Assembly: GCF_006345805.1 (NCBI RefSeq)
Contig: NW_021835770.1
Coordinates: 1 to 53,603, forward strand
DNA: 53,603 nucleotides
Source of the DNA: Octopus sinensis
Lineage: Eukaryota
Direction: 5' to 3'
In this document: positions 52,171 to 53,603 of the stretch, in pieces
Layout: the number at the start of each line of letters is the position of its first letter
Position numbering within the stretch: the stretch's first letter is position 1
Translations under genes and position numbers: made by a program
The notes under the pieces: generated by a model
Seen by the model: the letters and a program-made list of their open reading frames with translations, nothing else
Database searches by the model: none
Told to the model about the DNA's origin: nothing

Positions 52171-52668
52171 ACTACATCAATATTGTAAGCAGACATACAC
52201 ACATACACAAATTCAAACACTCACGTACACACACATACTAATACATATATTTCATACTTATATTGTTTACATAGACGTATTCGTATACAAAACGTCGTAA
52301 CTTGCACGGCTGGCTCTGAATGCTATAGAAAAGAGACTTAGAAGTAAACTTAAAAGTGAGAATATCGCACTGCTAACACAAAGGCATGGTATTGACTTGT
52401 AAATATTTGATATACTTGGTACTTTATGACAGTTGCGAAACGAAATTCTGTATTTTTACCAGCAATTAAAACAAACACACGCACACACACAAACACGTAT
52501 ATATATATATATATATATATAGGTTATGTTTAAAATTTTAGTTTAGATAGGGGACTTTAAAATGTAGGTCACATGTAAGCTGAAACGATCATCGTGCAGC
52601 GTAAAGTTACAGTACACGCTGGCTTCCATATTCAATATATGTATGTGTGTGTGTGTGCATCTGTATAT

Positions 52669-52716
<48 letters not shown>

Positions 52717-52719
<3 letters not shown>

Positions 52720-52905
52720 AGTCCAAACAATAACAAGCAGGAAGAAAGCACAACGCGAGGACGTGATACAAGTACTTTGTTATTGGACGCTCATGAAAGG
52801 AAAGAAAAGAGAGAGGACCTCACGTTTCGAGCGAAGCTCTTCATCAGAAATATAGAAAAAGTCCAAAGAAGGGAAGACGGAGAAATAAAATCGCCAACGA
52901 TACAC
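52717..52905 (-). mobile_element. Penelope-like terminal fragment with a minimal hammerhead core (52818-52850)
   Basis: Reverse complement TTT-CTGATGA-A-GAGC-TTC-GCTC-GAAACGTG-AGG; abuts (TA)n. Confidence 0.7.
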
Positions 52906-53011
52906 ACTCTTTCATGTACGTATGTGTGTGAGTGTGTGTGGGTGTGTGCGTGCGTGAGAGAGAGACATACAGAGAGTGTATGAGTGTGTGTGTGTATTCG
53001 TGTGTGTGTGT

Positions 53012-53051
<40 letters not shown>

Positions 53052-53603
53052 AGGAGAGAGAAGTGTCTTCACGCACAGGAAAGAGTATAGGCGAAATTGG
53101 GATTTGAAGATGCATCTGAATCTCAAAACGTCTAGATGTTTTCTAAATTTTGTAATAGATTTATTCAAATGCTGAACCGGATTCGACATTTTTTTTTTTT
53201 TGCTTGTTAATGGTAAAAGTAAATAAATATTGGGTTTAACAGATCTTAAAGTTACAGATTAAAATTCAGAAAAATATGTTTGTATGATAAAATGTTGAAA
53301 TGTCCACAGAAATTTCAGTAAGTTTCACAAGAAAGCATTGATATAAATATTCGATGAAGAGCATGACAAGTACAAATGATTGAAAGTTCAGTGATATCGA
53401 GTTTGTATAAGACATAAAATACAAACAAAATCTTCGTTTATTTACTTTTACCATTGGTAATCAAAATTTGTCGAAAGCGGTTTGGCATTTGAATAAAGTC
53501 TATTAAAAAATTTAGAAATGACAACACATTTTGAGATTCAGAAGCATTTTCAAATCCCAAATACTATGTTTGTGTGTGTGCATGTGTATACATAGGTCAT
53601 ACC

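Overview
AT-rich, microsatellite-dense eukaryotic DNA, intergenic or intronic. The SINE repertoire and (TA)n/(TATG)n/(TATC)n/(AAT)n load resemble an octopus or other coleoid cephalopod genome (inference). I find no intact host gene, and nearly all listed ORFs are microsatellite translations. Content: four tRNA-like SINE families (about 25 copies); a full-length decayed mariner and a deleted one; 3' ends of restriction-like-endonuclease (R4/Dong-type) LINEs; a Tx1/L1-like LINE 3' end in (TATC)n whose tail matches one SINE tail; a TSD-bounded ORF1-only (HAL1-like) retroelement with nested insertions; THAP, GIY-YIG and RT remnants; and several hairpins. The main unexpected signal is about ten type I hammerhead ribozyme motifs from several families, mostly in short Penelope-like fragments beside microsatellites. 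The one at 17739-17797 (-) has an intact core. All calls are by eye and coordinates are approximate.
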